Source: an uncultured Clostridia bacterium
Lineage (GTDB): Bacteria; Bacillota; Clostridia; TANB77; CAG-508
DNA: 64,000 nt
Assembly: GCA_947625895.1 (NCBI GenBank)
Contig: CANQPZ010000001.1
Coordinates: forward strand, 15,930 to 79,929
Reading direction: 5' to 3'
Below are positions 51,682 through 61,482 of this stretch, in pieces; position 1 is the stretch's first letter, and each line of letters begins with the position of its first letter. Made by a program: the position numbers and the translations under genes. The notes under the pieces are model-generated. The model worked only from the letters and a program-made list of their open reading frames with translations, was not told where the DNA came from and made no database searches.

Positions 51682-52916
51682 AATCTAAAGTACAGAAGAA
51701 GATTAATGCTAAAGTAGTAATTTTAAGAATTTTTGTTATTATACTATTAACAGCTTTGGTAGGATATCTTATATTTAATTCAGTGAAATTCTTTATAAGC
51801 CCAACAGATATTTTTGTAGTTGAAGAAGGAGTTTTGGACTCTGAAGAAAGTGTTGATGCTTATGTAATTAGAAATGAAATTGTCCTTCAAGGAAATAATT
51901 ACATGAATGGTATGGAAAAGGTTATTGTTGAAGGAAGCAGAGTTGCAAAAAATGAGCCTGTTTTTAGATACTATGTAAATGGTGAAGAAACAATTAAAAA
52001 TGAAATTAATGAGTTAGACCAACAAATTGCAGAGGCACAAAAGAATGAAAAAATTAGTTATTCAACAGATATTGAAGTTCTTAAGGGTAAGATAAAAGAA
52101 TTAGAAGAAAAAATTTATTCAACAAACAATTTAGAAGAAATAAATAATTATAAAAAAGAAATTGATGACTATACATATAAAGTTTCTACAATTGTTGGAA
52201 ATTCAAGTCCTAAAGGTTCATACTTAAAAGAACTAATTGATAAAAAAACAGATTGCCTAAATAAGTTGACTGAGGGAGCTGAAGAAATAAAAGCTTCAGC
52301 TAGTGGAACAGTTTCATATAGAGTAGACAATTTGGAAGAAGTTTTTACTGCAAGTGATTTCAATTATTTAACTGAGGACTTTTTAAATTCTTTAGATTTA
52401 AAATCAGGGGAATTAATAGAAACTAGTAATGAAAAGGGAAAAATTATAACAGAATTTAGTTGCTATTTAGCTGTTGTGATGAATTCTGAAACTGCAATGA
52501 ATGCAAAGTTAAACGATAAAGTTAAAATAGAATTAGATACCGAAAATAAATTAAATGCATCTATTGTTCAAATAAATGAGGGTGATAATTCTAGAATAAT
52601 TATTTTTAAAGTTGATGACTTACCAGAAAAACTTATGAATTTTAGAAAATTACCTATAAATGTTATCTGGTGGGAAGAAACAGGATTAAAAGTTCCGGTA
52701 TCAGCTTTAATAGAACAAGATGGAAAATATTATTTGGAACGTAATAGAGCAGGATATAATGTAAATGTTTTAGTTAAAGTTCTAAAACAAAATGATTCAT
52801 ATGCGATTGTTACAAACTATACTACTAGTGAGTTACAAGAAATGGGCTACTCATATAAAGAAATTAAGGATATGTATATAATTAAACAGTATGATAAAAT
52901 AAAATTACCAAAATAA
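51678..52916 (+). CDS. Hypothetical membrane-anchored coiled-coil protein with HlyD / membrane-fusion-protein-like architecture. Translationally coupled to miaA
   Basis: GTG start overlapping the miaA stop (GTGA). N-terminal TM helix, a long coiled coil, a C-terminal beta-rich region. No cognate transporter gene adjacent. Confidence 0.4.
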   Translation: MKSKVQKKINAKVVILRIFVIILLTALVGYLIFNSVKFFISPTDIFVVEEGVLDSEESVDAYVIRNEIVLQGNNYMNGMEKVIVEGSRVAKNEPVFRYYVNGEETIKNEINELDQQIAEAQKNEKISYSTDIEVLKGKIKELEEKIYSTNNLEEINNYKKEIDDYTYKVSTIVGNSSPKGSYLKELIDKKTDCLNKLTEGAEEIKASASGTVSYRVDNLEEVFTASDFNYLTEDFLNSLDLKSGELIETSNEKGKIITEFSCYLAVVMNSETAMNAKLNDKVKIELDTENKLNASIVQINEGDNSRIIIFKVDDLPEKLMNFRKLPINVIWWEETGLKVPVSALIEQDGKYYLERNRAGYNVNVLVKVLKQNDSYAIVTNYTTSELQEMGYSYKEIKDMYIIKQYDKIKLPK

Positions 52917-53051
52917 ATATTACAATAATATTACAAACCTTTAATTTTTATATAACAAAAGCCAAAATGATATTGACATATTTTTTAAATAGAAGGATAC
53001 TATATGCAGTAGTTAATAAAAATATAATATGATGTATTGGGAGGAAATTAA

Positions 53052-53516
53052 ATGGCAAATGCAGTTGTGAATAAGATATTAGATTTTTTTGGAGTAGATA
53101 ATGGAGAAACTTTAGAAGACGACGAAAACCTAGAAAATGAATACTCATATGAACAAGATGAAGAAATACAAGATGAAGAAGAAGAAAGAGGAATATTCAG
53201 AAAAAAGAAAGTTGTTAATATGGCATCACAACAAATAAAGATGAAGATTGCAAAACCTACATCTTTTGAACAGGCTGAAGATATATGCATATTATTGAGA
53301 GAAAAGAATGCAATAGTTGTTAACTTAGAGTATGTTAATAAAGATGTTGCAAGAAGAATCTTAGATGTTATCAGTGGAGCTGTTAAAGTTCTTGATGGAC
53401 ATTTTGAGAAAGTTTCTAACTCAATATTTATTGTTGCGCCATTTAATTATGATATAGTTAATGATATGACAAGAGAGGAAATTAAAAATAAACTTTCTGT
53501 TTCATGGCTTAAATAA
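53052..53516 (+). CDS. sepF: Cell division protein SepF
   Basis: Acidic N-terminal linker followed by the conserved SepF core (KIAKPTSFEQAEDICILLREKNAIVVNLEYV...RILDVISGAVKVLDGHFEKVSNSIFIVAP). Confidence 0.75.
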   Translation: MANAVVNKILDFFGVDNGETLEDDENLENEYSYEQDEEIQDEEEERGIFRKKKVVNMASQQIKMKIAKPTSFEQAEDICILLREKNAIVVNLEYVNKDVARRILDVISGAVKVLDGHFEKVSNSIFIVAPFNYDIVNDMTREEIKNKLSVSWLK

Positions 53517-53536
53517 TTTAAATTAGGAGGAATAAC

Positions 53537-53986
53537 ATGCTTACACCATTAGACATAGAGAATAAAAAGTTTCAAAAACAAATGATGAATGGCTATAACG
53601 TAGATGAAGTTGATGACTTTCTTGATGAAATAACAATTGATTACGAAAAAATGTATAAAGAAAATACAGAATTGCGTGCAGAAATAGAAAGATCAAGATC
53701 AGACATAGATAAATATAAAAATATAGAACAAACATTACAAAATACACTTGTTATGGCACAAAAGACTGCAGATGATATAAAAAGCAATGCTCAAGAAGAA
53801 GCAGATAATATTTTAAAGAATGCAAGAGCAAAGATGCAAGATTCTGTAGATGAATTAACAAAAGATCTAGAAATGAGAAAAAGAGAATATGCTGAAACAA
53901 AGAAACAATTTGATATTTATAGAGCAAAAATGGAAGCATTATTAATTTCTCAACTAGAATTAATTAAGGATATGAAAGAAGAGTAA
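53537..53986 (+). CDS. divIVA: DivIVA domain protein
   Basis: MLTPLDIENKKFQKQMMNGYNVDEVDDFLDEI is the DivIVA N-terminal lipid-binding domain, followed by a coiled coil. Confidence 0.7.
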   Translation: MLTPLDIENKKFQKQMMNGYNVDEVDDFLDEITIDYEKMYKENTELRAEIERSRSDIDKYKNIEQTLQNTLVMAQKTADDIKSNAQEEADNILKNARAKMQDSVDELTKDLEMRKREYAETKKQFDIYRAKMEALLISQLELIKDMKEE

Positions 53987-54000
53987 CAAAAGATAAAGAA

Positions 54001-54030
54001 AAGAGGTTGGTAAAGTTCAACCTCTTTTTT
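54001..54030 (+). terminator. Rho-independent terminator after divIVA
   Basis: AGAGGTTG-gtaaagtt-CAACCTCT stem followed by TTTTTT. Confidence 0.6.
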
Positions 54031-54191
54031 GTGTTATTATATTGTATTAAAAATTCGCTGAAAACCGCATATTACAAAAGAATTAAGCAATTATTACAAA
54101 ATTAATTATTAGTTACATTTGTGTAAATCATATTGACTTATTACATATTTAAAATAAAATATTAGTATATATTATATAGGATAGTAGGATT

Positions 54192-54746
54192 ATGAGAATT
54201 ATTAGTGGAATTGCAAGAGGAACAAAATTGTTTACTTTAGATGGAATACAGACAAGACCTACATTAGATAGAGTAAAAGAATCACTTTTTAATATTATCA
54301 ATTTTAAATTACAAGATTCAGTTGTTTTAGATTTGTTTGCCGGTTCAGGTGCTTTAGGACTTGAATCAGTTAGTAGGGGAGCACAAAAAGCTTTTCTTTG
54401 CGAATATAACAGAGAAGCAGCTAAAATTGTAAAAAGAAATATTGAAAAAACGCATTTTACTGATAAAGCAATATTAATTGAAAAAGATTATAAAAAAGCA
54501 TTGCAAGATATTAAAGAAGATGGAACAAAGATAGATGTTGTTTTTTTGGATCCACCTTATAAGACTAATCTTGTATATGAAGCTTTAAGTAATATTATTA
54601 ATTTAGAGATTTTAAATGATGATGCGATTATTATAGTTGAAACTGATAATCCTGTAGAAATAAAAAATGAAATTATGAAATTAAATATAGACATTTACGA
54701 TGAGAGAAAATATGGACGTGTTAGTCTTATATTTTTGAAACAGTAA
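54192..54746 (+). CDS. rsmD: 16S rRNA (guanine966-N2)-methyltransferase RsmD
   Basis: RIISGIARGTKL..., SAM-binding LDLFAGSGALGLE, and the FLDPPY motif. Confidence 0.8.
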   Translation: MRIISGIARGTKLFTLDGIQTRPTLDRVKESLFNIINFKLQDSVVLDLFAGSGALGLESVSRGAQKAFLCEYNREAAKIVKRNIEKTHFTDKAILIEKDYKKALQDIKEDGTKIDVVFLDPPYKTNLVYEALSNIINLEILNDDAIIIVETDNPVEIKNEIMKLNIDIYDERKYGRVSLIFLKQ

Positions 54747-54785
54747 GGTAAAATTTGGATGTATGCAAAGTGAAAGGGGTAAAAG

Positions 54786-55265
54786 ATGGAGATATTCACT
54801 CTTTTAGAAACAATTGAAGAATTACTTGAAAATAGTAAAGGATTACCATTTTCAAATAAATGTATGGTAGATAAAGATGAAATTTTAGATATAGTTAGAG
54901 AAATTAGGTTAAAATTACCAGATGAGTTAAAACAGGCAAAATGGGTAAAAGAAGAGCGTACAAGAATAATTGAAGAGGCTAAAAAAGAAGGCGAAGATAT
55001 CGTAAAAGAAGCTGAAAACAGAATTATTGCAATGATTGATGAACATGAAATTACTAGAAAAGCTTATGATGAGAAGCAAAGAATCATTGAAGGTGCAAAC
55101 GAGATGGCTAGAGAAATGTCTGAAGGAACAAAAGAATATGCTGATAACATATTAAGTGATATTGAACAAGCAATGATTAACTTAAAAGATAACATATCTG
55201 CCGCACAAACTAGCATTGATAATGCTGTTGAGACTTTGAAGAATAATAGAAAAGAATTAAAATAA
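54786..55265 (+). CDS. Hypothetical coiled-coil protein (159 aa)
   Basis: Good RBS. Charged and Ala/Glu-rich, no recognisable domain. It occupies the position where coaD follows rsmD in Bacillus. Confidence 0.3.
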   Translation: MEIFTLLETIEELLENSKGLPFSNKCMVDKDEILDIVREIRLKLPDELKQAKWVKEERTRIIEEAKKEGEDIVKEAENRIIAMIDEHEITRKAYDEKQRIIEGANEMAREMSEGTKEYADNILSDIEQAMINLKDNISAAQTSIDNAVETLKNNRKELK

Positions 55266-55448
55266 TCAAAATGAAATTAATGGGATTAGATGAGTACATA
55301 GCATATTTTTAAATACTGAAGACATTTTTTAGTAAATTTTAAATATGTTATATATTCATCTATTTTTTTTGAAAGTTCATTGTTGTTTTTATATTGTTTT
55401 GATATAATGATGTAAGCAAGAACTAATCGGAATGGAGGAAGTAGTACT

Positions 55449-57860
55449 TTGGGTAGAAGAAAAAAGAAGAAAACATCAGTTAATTTAAGTAGTATAAGTC
55501 CTGAAATGGTCATTATTTTATTGATTTTATTAAGTATCTTATCAGGAGTTTTAATATATACAAATGCTGGACAAATTGGAGCATATATTAGTCCTTTATT
55601 AGGAGGTTTAGTTGGAGTAATTAAATATGTTATTCCGGTAGGTCTTTTTGTTATTGCTTTATCTTTAATAAGGGAAGATAGCAACTTTGTTACGACAAAG
55701 GTTACTCAATTTTTAATTTTCATTATATGTATTACAGCAATGATGCATATATTTCAATTTTCAAAAGTAAATCTATCAAGTAATGCTACTTTTGAAGAAA
55801 TTGTAAATGAAGCATATACTTTAGGTACTACAAATCAAGGAGGAGGTGCCGTTGGAGCTATTATTGCAACACCTCTTTGCCAGTTAATTGGATCACTAGG
55901 AGCTTCAATCCTTACAATAGCAATTGCGATTATAACATTCTTATTTATTATTGGAGTAAGTCCAATAGAATTAATTATGCAATATCTTGATGGAAATGAA
56001 GAAAGAAAAGCTGAAAGACAAGAGAGAAGAGAAGAAGAAAGAAAAGCCTTTAATGAAAGACTTGAAGAAAGAAGAAAAAACAGAGCTATGGCTGCTGAAA
56101 ATAGAAAAAGCCAAAATGCTGAAAAAGAAAATAAACAAGTTGAACTTATTAACGATGAAATTGTTATTAATCATTTCAATGATCCTAAAGAAGAAACTCA
56201 AAAGAAATCTAAGTTTGGATTATTTGGAAAAAGAGATAATCCTGAACCAGAAGTTCAACCTAAAGAAGAAAAACCTTCAAATCCAGATGAATTAGAAAAT
56301 ATATTCAAAGAAGTTCAAGAAGAAAAAGAAGAAAAAACAAAAGCAGTTTTGCAATTAGATCATTTTACTCATACTGTTGATGATGAAAATTATGAAATTC
56401 CGCCAATTGAGTTATTATCACAAGGAGACGGAAAGGTAGCTAAAGGAAGTAAGAAAGCTTTAACAGATACTGCTACAAAATTACAAAAGACATTGTATAG
56501 TTTCGGAGTTTCTGCTAAAGTTGAAAATGTTTCTGTTGGACCTGCAATAACTCGTTATGAATTAAAGCCAGCAGAAGGAGTTAGAGTAAGTAAAATAGCA
56601 AAATTAGCTGATGATATAGCTCTTAATTTGGCAGCTGAAAGTATAAGAATTGAGGCACCAATTCCAGGAAAGCAGGCAGTAGGTATAGAAATTCCTAACA
56701 AAGAAAAGGAAGTAGTTCCTTTAAGAGATATTATAGACTCACCAGAGTTTGAATCTTCAAAATCAAAATTAGCATTTGCATTAGGTAAAGGCGTTTCTGG
56801 TGATAATGTTGTAACAGATATTGCAAAAATGCCTCACGTTTTAATTGCTGGTTCAACTGGATCAGGAAAATCAGTTTGTATTAATACTTTAATAACAAGT
56901 ATTTTGTATAAAGCAAAACCTAGCGAGGTAAAACTAATAATGGTTGACCCTAAAGTTGTTGAACTTTCTGTATATAATGGAATACCACATTTGTTAATTC
57001 CAGTTGTTACAGATCCTAAAAAGGCAGCAGGAGCTTTAGCATGGGCAGTTCAAGAAATGGTAAATCGTTATAGTTTATTTGCTCAAAAAAATGTTAGAGA
57101 TATTAAAGGATATAATGCCGCACTTGATAAAGAAGGAGAAGATGGAAAATTACCACAAATAGTAATTATCATAGATGAGCTTGCAGATTTAATGATGGTT
57201 TCACCAAAAGATGTTGAGGATGCAATTTGTAGATTGGCTCAGATGGCTAGAGCTGCAGGTATGCACTTAGTTATTGCTACACAAAGACCTTCTGTTGATG
57301 TTATTACTGGTATAATCAAAGCCAATATACCTTCAAGAATTGCATTTGCTGTTTCATCACAAGTTGACTCTAGAACAATTCTTGATACAATGGGTGCAGA
57401 AAAATTACTTGGAAAAGGTGATATGTTATTTTATCCATCAGGAGCTTCTAAAGCTACTAGAGTTCAAGGTGCATTCATTTCTGATGGTGATGTTGAAAAA
57501 ATAGTTGATTTCTTAAAGAAAGACGGAGAAGCACAATATAGTGAAGATATTCTTGAGTCTATAGAAAAAGCAAATTCTACAGATAAAGAAATAGATGAAA
57601 ATTCACAAGATGATGAGGCAGATCCATTCTTAGAAGATGCAATAGAAGCTGTAATTGAAATTGGTTCAGCATCTGCATCATTAATTCAAAGAAGATTTAA
57701 AGTTGGATATGCAAGAGCTGGAAGAATTATAGATCAAATGGAGGCAAGAGGAATTATTTCAGGATATCAAGGAAGTAAACCAAGAGAAGTTTTAATGTCA
57801 AAAGAAAGATGGCAAGAGCTAAAAACAACACCTGCCGTATCTAATGAGGAGGAAGAATAA
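55449..57860 (+). CDS. ftsK: DNA translocase FtsK/SpoIIIE
   Basis: TTG start after GGAGGAAG. N-terminal TM helices, a charged linker, motor domain with Walker A GSTGSGKS and Walker [12 protein letters not shown]-terminal gamma (winged-helix) domain. Confidence 0.85.
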   Translation: MGRRKKKKTSVNLSSISPEMVIILLILLSILSGVLIYTNAGQIGAYISPLLGGLVGVIKYVIPVGLFVIALSLIREDSNFVTTKVTQFLIFIICITAMMHIFQFSKVNLSSNATFEEIVNEAYTLGTTNQGGGAVGAIIATPLCQLIGSLGASILTIAIAIITFLFIIGVSPIELIMQYLDGNEERKAERQERREEERKAFNERLEERRKNRAMAAENRKSQNAEKENKQVELINDEIVINHFNDPKEETQKKSKFGLFGKRDNPEPEVQPKEEKPSNPDELENIFKEVQEEKEEKTKAVLQLDHFTHTVDDENYEIPPIELLSQGDGKVAKGSKKALTDTATKLQKTLYSFGVSAKVENVSVGPAITRYELKPAEGVRVSKIAKLADDIALNLAAESIRIEAPIPGKQAVGIEIPNKEKEVVPLRDIIDSPEFESSKSKLAFALGKGVSGDNVVTDIAKMPHVLIAGSTGSGKSVCINTLITSILYKAKPSEVKLIMVDPKVVELSVYNGIPHLLIPVVTDPKKAAGALAWAVQEMVNRYSLFAQKNVRDIKGYNAALDKEGEDGKLPQIVIIIDELADLMMVSPKDVEDAICRLAQMARAAGMHLVIATQRPSVDVITGIIKANIPSRIAFAVSSQVDSRTILDTMGAEKLLGKGDMLFYPSGASKATRVQGAFISDGDVEKIVDFLKKDGEAQYSEDILESIEKANSTDKEIDENSQDDEADPFLEDAIEAVIEIGSASASLIQRRFKVGYARAGRIIDQMEARGIISGYQGSKPREVLMSKERWQELKTTPAVSNEEEE

Positions 57861-57890
57861 AAATACAAAAGAAGGAGTTTTGTAATCACG

Positions 57891-59444
57891 ATGAAAGGAA
57901 AATTTTTTTCTAGATTTAAAGATTATAATTACATCTTAGATAAGATGTTAGAAGAAAAACGTTTTTCACAAGATGCGAAAAACCTTCTTTTAAATATGAT
58001 ATATAAAATCGAAACTTCTTATAAAGACTACTCAATGATTAAAGGTGTTTATAAAACAAAAAATGAATTTATAGATGAAATAATAAATTCTGTTTCAGAA
58101 AATTGTAATAATATTTTGCTTATTGATCCTAAAAGAGAAGGTGTGCTTTTACTTCAAAAAGAAAAGGCCATTGCAATTACAGATGAAAAAGAAAAGAAGA
58201 TATATGCGTATCCTACAGAACAAGCTATATTATATGGAATAATGGAAATAAAGCCAAAATATTTCTTTATTCCACAAAAATACAGTTATTTTCAAAAGGG
58301 GTTGCAAAAAGCTTTAGTTGAGGGATCAGTTTTAAATTCAACAGAAGTTATTAGAAATTTTAATGGATGGTCATGGAATGTAGTAGAGGATGCAAATATT
58401 AATCATGTATCAAATATGATTTATCAATCAATAAGATTATTATTAGATGAGGATTTTTTGGAAAACTGGGAAGAAGATAAGGATGCTACTACAGATTATA
58501 TTCATGAATTAAGAAAAGAAATAGCTCAAATATATGGTGAAACTTGTTCAAAAAATTTATATATTTCTTTAGTAAGATTAATAATTAGTACATTATCAAG
58601 TAGTACAAAAAAAAGACTAGAACAAGAGTATATTACAGCTCAGCAGACATATGAAAAAATGCTAAATAAAAATCAATATATATATGACATTTCAAAAGAA
58701 AAAGAGTTTATTGCAGGAGAAATAGAAAAAATAGATTTGATCTTATCAGATCAAAATAGATTATTACATGAATTCAAAAAGCAAAATCAGCAACTACCAG
58801 AAGAACAAAAAATGGCGGATGCAAGTGATTTGTTTAAAATATTAGTTCGCAATAAACAAAAATATACTTTAAGAATAAATGAACTTAATGATATGGTTAA
58901 ACCTATAGCCTTTAATACTTTAAAAAAAGATTTGAAAGAAAAGATTGAGATTTTAAGTATACTTGAACAAAAAGAAGCAACTCGAACATATGAGATACTA
59001 TTTCTACAAGAAGTTTTAAAATGTTTTTCAACTATATTAGAAAAAATAAAGTTGAAAGAAGAACTTTTAGAAATAATATATAAGATGAGATATTTTAGAA
59101 TGATGAGAATAACACAAGACGAAAAAGCAGAGGATATTCATATCTTAAATAATTATATTAGAAGAATTTTAGAATTTACAGTAACAAAAGCCTGCAGAGA
59201 AAAGGCATTTAATATTTTTTGTAAAGATGTGAGAATGAATTTTTTAATTATTGAAAGAGCTCTTGATACAACTATAGCAAATTATGAAGATGTTGATATA
59301 TCTTTAAGAATAAGAGATGATGGACTAGAAGTTACTGTTTATGATAATGAGGTAATTGAAAAACAAGAACTAATTACTTGTATAATTTCATCAAAAGATT
59401 TAAACGTAAAGCAAAAGAAACATATACCTATGTATGTGTTTTAA
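57891..59444 (+). CDS. Hypothetical cytoplasmic protein (517 aa) between ftsK and the paralog triplet
   Basis: Good RBS AAGGAG. No TM segment and no recognisable domain. Starts 30 nt after ftsK ends. Its stop lies 19 nt past the start of the next gene (59464), which is in a different reading frame. Confidence 0.35.
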   Translation: MKGKFFSRFKDYNYILDKMLEEKRFSQDAKNLLLNMIYKIETSYKDYSMIKGVYKTKNEFIDEIINSVSENCNNILLIDPKREGVLLLQKEKAIAITDEKEKKIYAYPTEQAILYGIMEIKPKYFFIPQKYSYFQKGLQKALVEGSVLNSTEVIRNFNGWSWNVVEDANINHVSNMIYQSIRLLLDEDFLENWEEDKDATTDYIHELRKEIAQIYGETCSKNLYISLVRLIISTLSSSTKKRLEQEYITAQQTYEKMLNKNQYIYDISKEKEFIAGEIEKIDLILSDQNRLLHEFKKQNQQLPEEQKMADASDLFKILVRNKQKYTLRINELNDMVKPIAFNTLKKDLKEKIEILSILEQKEATRTYEILFLQEVLKCFSTILEKIKLKEELLEIIYKMRYFRMMRITQDEKAEDIHILNNYIRRILEFTVTKACREKAFNIFCKDVRMNFLIIERALDTTIANYEDVDISLRIRDDGLEVTVYDNEVIEKQELITCIISSKDLNVKQKKHIPMYVF

Positions 59445-59463
59445 CAAAGAGGAAGTAATATTA

Positions 59464-60054
59464 ATGGGAGAAAAAGATAAATCAATAAGAAAAAAACAGC
59501 CAAAAAATAAAGATATTTCAAAGGAACAAACAATTGAAGAAGTTACTTTAAAAAAAGAAGAAAAAAAAGCTAAAATTGTAAAGATAATAGATAAAATATC
59601 TTTAATTGGTTCTATTGTAATTATAGTAATAATGGTTTTATTATTGTGCTTTAATGTGTATAAAAATAATAAAGAAAAACCAGCACAATATAATGACGAC
59701 ATGGAAATTGAGGAATATAACAGTAGATTTGAAAAGTATGAAGGATTGAATGTTAAAGGTTCAGATGTAAAAAAACTTATTGCTGAAATTATTGATAATA
59801 ATTATAAATATGTTGGTCAGAAAGGTAAGTTCGTTTCAATAGATATTGATGATATGAGACATTTTGAAAATAATTATTTAGTATCTGCTTGTACAATGTC
59901 AAGGTTGGATAATAATCAAGATAATGTAAAGTATGCAGCTGATCAAATGAACTATTTTATAACAACATTTGATGATTCGAAAATGTTTAATATATTCATT
60001 GAAAAGACGGATAACCGTGTAACTGATATAGAAATTCTTGAGATACAAAATTAA
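59464..60054 (+). CDS. Membrane-anchored paralog 1 of 3 (single TM plus conserved extracytoplasmic C-terminal domain)
   Basis: TM helix ISLIGSIVIIVIMVLLLCF. The C-terminal domain is homologous to the next two ORFs (Y-N-x-x-F/Y...KFVSIDIDD...). Start at 59464 is preferred on RBS. Confidence 0.45.
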   Translation: MGEKDKSIRKKQPKNKDISKEQTIEEVTLKKEEKKAKIVKIIDKISLIGSIVIIVIMVLLLCFNVYKNNKEKPAQYNDDMEIEEYNSRFEKYEGLNVKGSDVKKLIAEIIDNNYKYVGQKGKFVSIDIDDMRHFENNYLVSACTMSRLDNNQDNVKYAADQMNYFITTFDDSKMFNIFIEKTDNRVTDIEILEIQN

Positions 60055-60069
60055 TTTTGGAGAAAAAAT

Positions 60070-60609
60070 ATGAGAAGAGATCGAAAAGTACTACATGAAG
60101 AAAAAAAATCTTATAATAAAAGAAGTATTTGTATTGCAAGCTTAGTATTTGTGATAGTAGTTATAATATGTTTGATAGTAGGTTTTAAAATTTGTAATAT
60201 TAGTAAAGCCAATGATACTACTACTTCAAAGATGAGCGAAAGTGAAATAAATGCTCATAATTATACAGTTGAGTATTTTAGCAAGTATGATATTTTAGAT
60301 GGCGATGATGTTGAAGCATTACTTGAAGCTGTAATTGAAGATAATGACGAAAACTTTGAAAAATATGGAAAATTTATAAGTATACATATCGAAAATATGC
60401 CTGAATTCGACGAAGCAAAGTTAGCTGAAGTTGGTAAAAAAGCTAATTGCTTTGAAGATTCAAATGGGAATAACACATTGAGTAATGTTAATGAGGCTAA
60501 AGAAGTATATAGAGAGTTAAAAAAAGTTATTAATTTTGAAAAAAAATATAAGATTAGTACGCAAAAAGTTGATGGATTAATTTATTCTGTCACTATACAG
60601 GAACAATAA
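60070..60609 (+). CDS. Membrane-anchored paralog 2 of 3
   Basis: TM helix ICIASLVFVIVVIICLIVGF. C-terminal domain with INAHNYTVEYFSKY...KFISIHIENM...NEAKEVYRELKKVI...LIYSVTIQE, collinear with paralog 3. Confidence 0.45.
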   Translation: MRRDRKVLHEEKKSYNKRSICIASLVFVIVVIICLIVGFKICNISKANDTTTSKMSESEINAHNYTVEYFSKYDILDGDDVEALLEAVIEDNDENFEKYGKFISIHIENMPEFDEAKLAEVGKKANCFEDSNGNNTLSNVNEAKEVYRELKKVINFEKKYKISTQKVDGLIYSVTIQEQ

Positions 60610-60633
60610 ACAATAAAAAAAGCGGAGGTATTT

Positions 60634-61356
60634 ATGGAAGAAAACGAACAAGAAGTGCAATTTGGACAAAAAAAGTATTATTCTCGAAAAATTTGTATGG
60701 CAACAATAATATTTGGAGTATTATCACTTATATTATGTTGGGTTCCTATATTAGGATTAATTATATCTCTTACAGGATTAATATTGGCATTAGTTGCTAA
60801 TGTAAAAAGAATAAAAGACAAAGAAGAAAAAATGGGATGTACTATATTTGGATTTATAGCTGGTATTATTGGAACTGTTGTGGGTGCTACGGTATTTTTC
60901 ATTATTATTTTTGATGTTATATTTGATTTGAATTTATTTCATAGATGTGATACAGCTCCAAGATCGATAATATATTCACAGAGTGATATAAATGCGTATA
61001 ATGCAACTGTTATGAATTATGCTTCAAAAGAAACTTTAAATGGAGCAGATATTATATCAATGATTCAGGAAATCATTACACAAAATTCACAATATGTTGA
61101 TGAAAGCAAGAAATTTATAAGTATTCATGCAAAAAACATTTCAGGATATCATAATGAAGATTATTTAGATGAAGTCGGAAGAAATGCAAATGCCTTGGAA
61201 AGCGAAAATGGAGAAAATAATCAGACTAATATAAATGAGGCAAAAGAAGAATATATAAAATTGATAAAAAAGATTGAAAGCTCAAAGAAATATAAAGTTA
61301 ATACTACAGCAGATTCTATAGGAATAATATATGCCATAGAAATAGAAGAATTATAA
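60634..61356 (+). CDS. Membrane paralog 3 of 3 (DUF4190-like multi-TM N-domain plus the same C-terminal domain)
   Basis: N-terminal region with 3 hydrophobic helices. C-terminal domain INAYNATVMNYASK...KFISIHAKNI...NEAKEEYIKLIKKI...IIYAIEIEE. Confidence 0.45.
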   Translation: MEENEQEVQFGQKKYYSRKICMATIIFGVLSLILCWVPILGLIISLTGLILALVANVKRIKDKEEKMGCTIFGFIAGIIGTVVGATVFFIIIFDVIFDLNLFHRCDTAPRSIIYSQSDINAYNATVMNYASKETLNGADIISMIQEIITQNSQYVDESKKFISIHAKNISGYHNEDYLDEVGRNANALESENGENNQTNINEAKEEYIKLIKKIESSKKYKVNTTADSIGIIYAIEIEEL

Positions 61357-61374
61357 AATATAAAATTGAGAAAA

Positions 61375-61402
61375 ATAGCAAAGATTTCTTTGCTATTTTT
61401 TG
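61375..61402 (+). terminator. Rho-independent terminator after the paralog triplet
   Basis: ATAGCAAAGA / TCTTTGCTAT hairpin followed by TTTTTTG. Confidence 0.55.
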
Positions 61403-61482
61403 TTATTAAAATGTTATTGTATAATTAATTTTTTATGACTATAATTAAAAAGAGATTTACGGAAGAAAAGGAGATTTGATTT

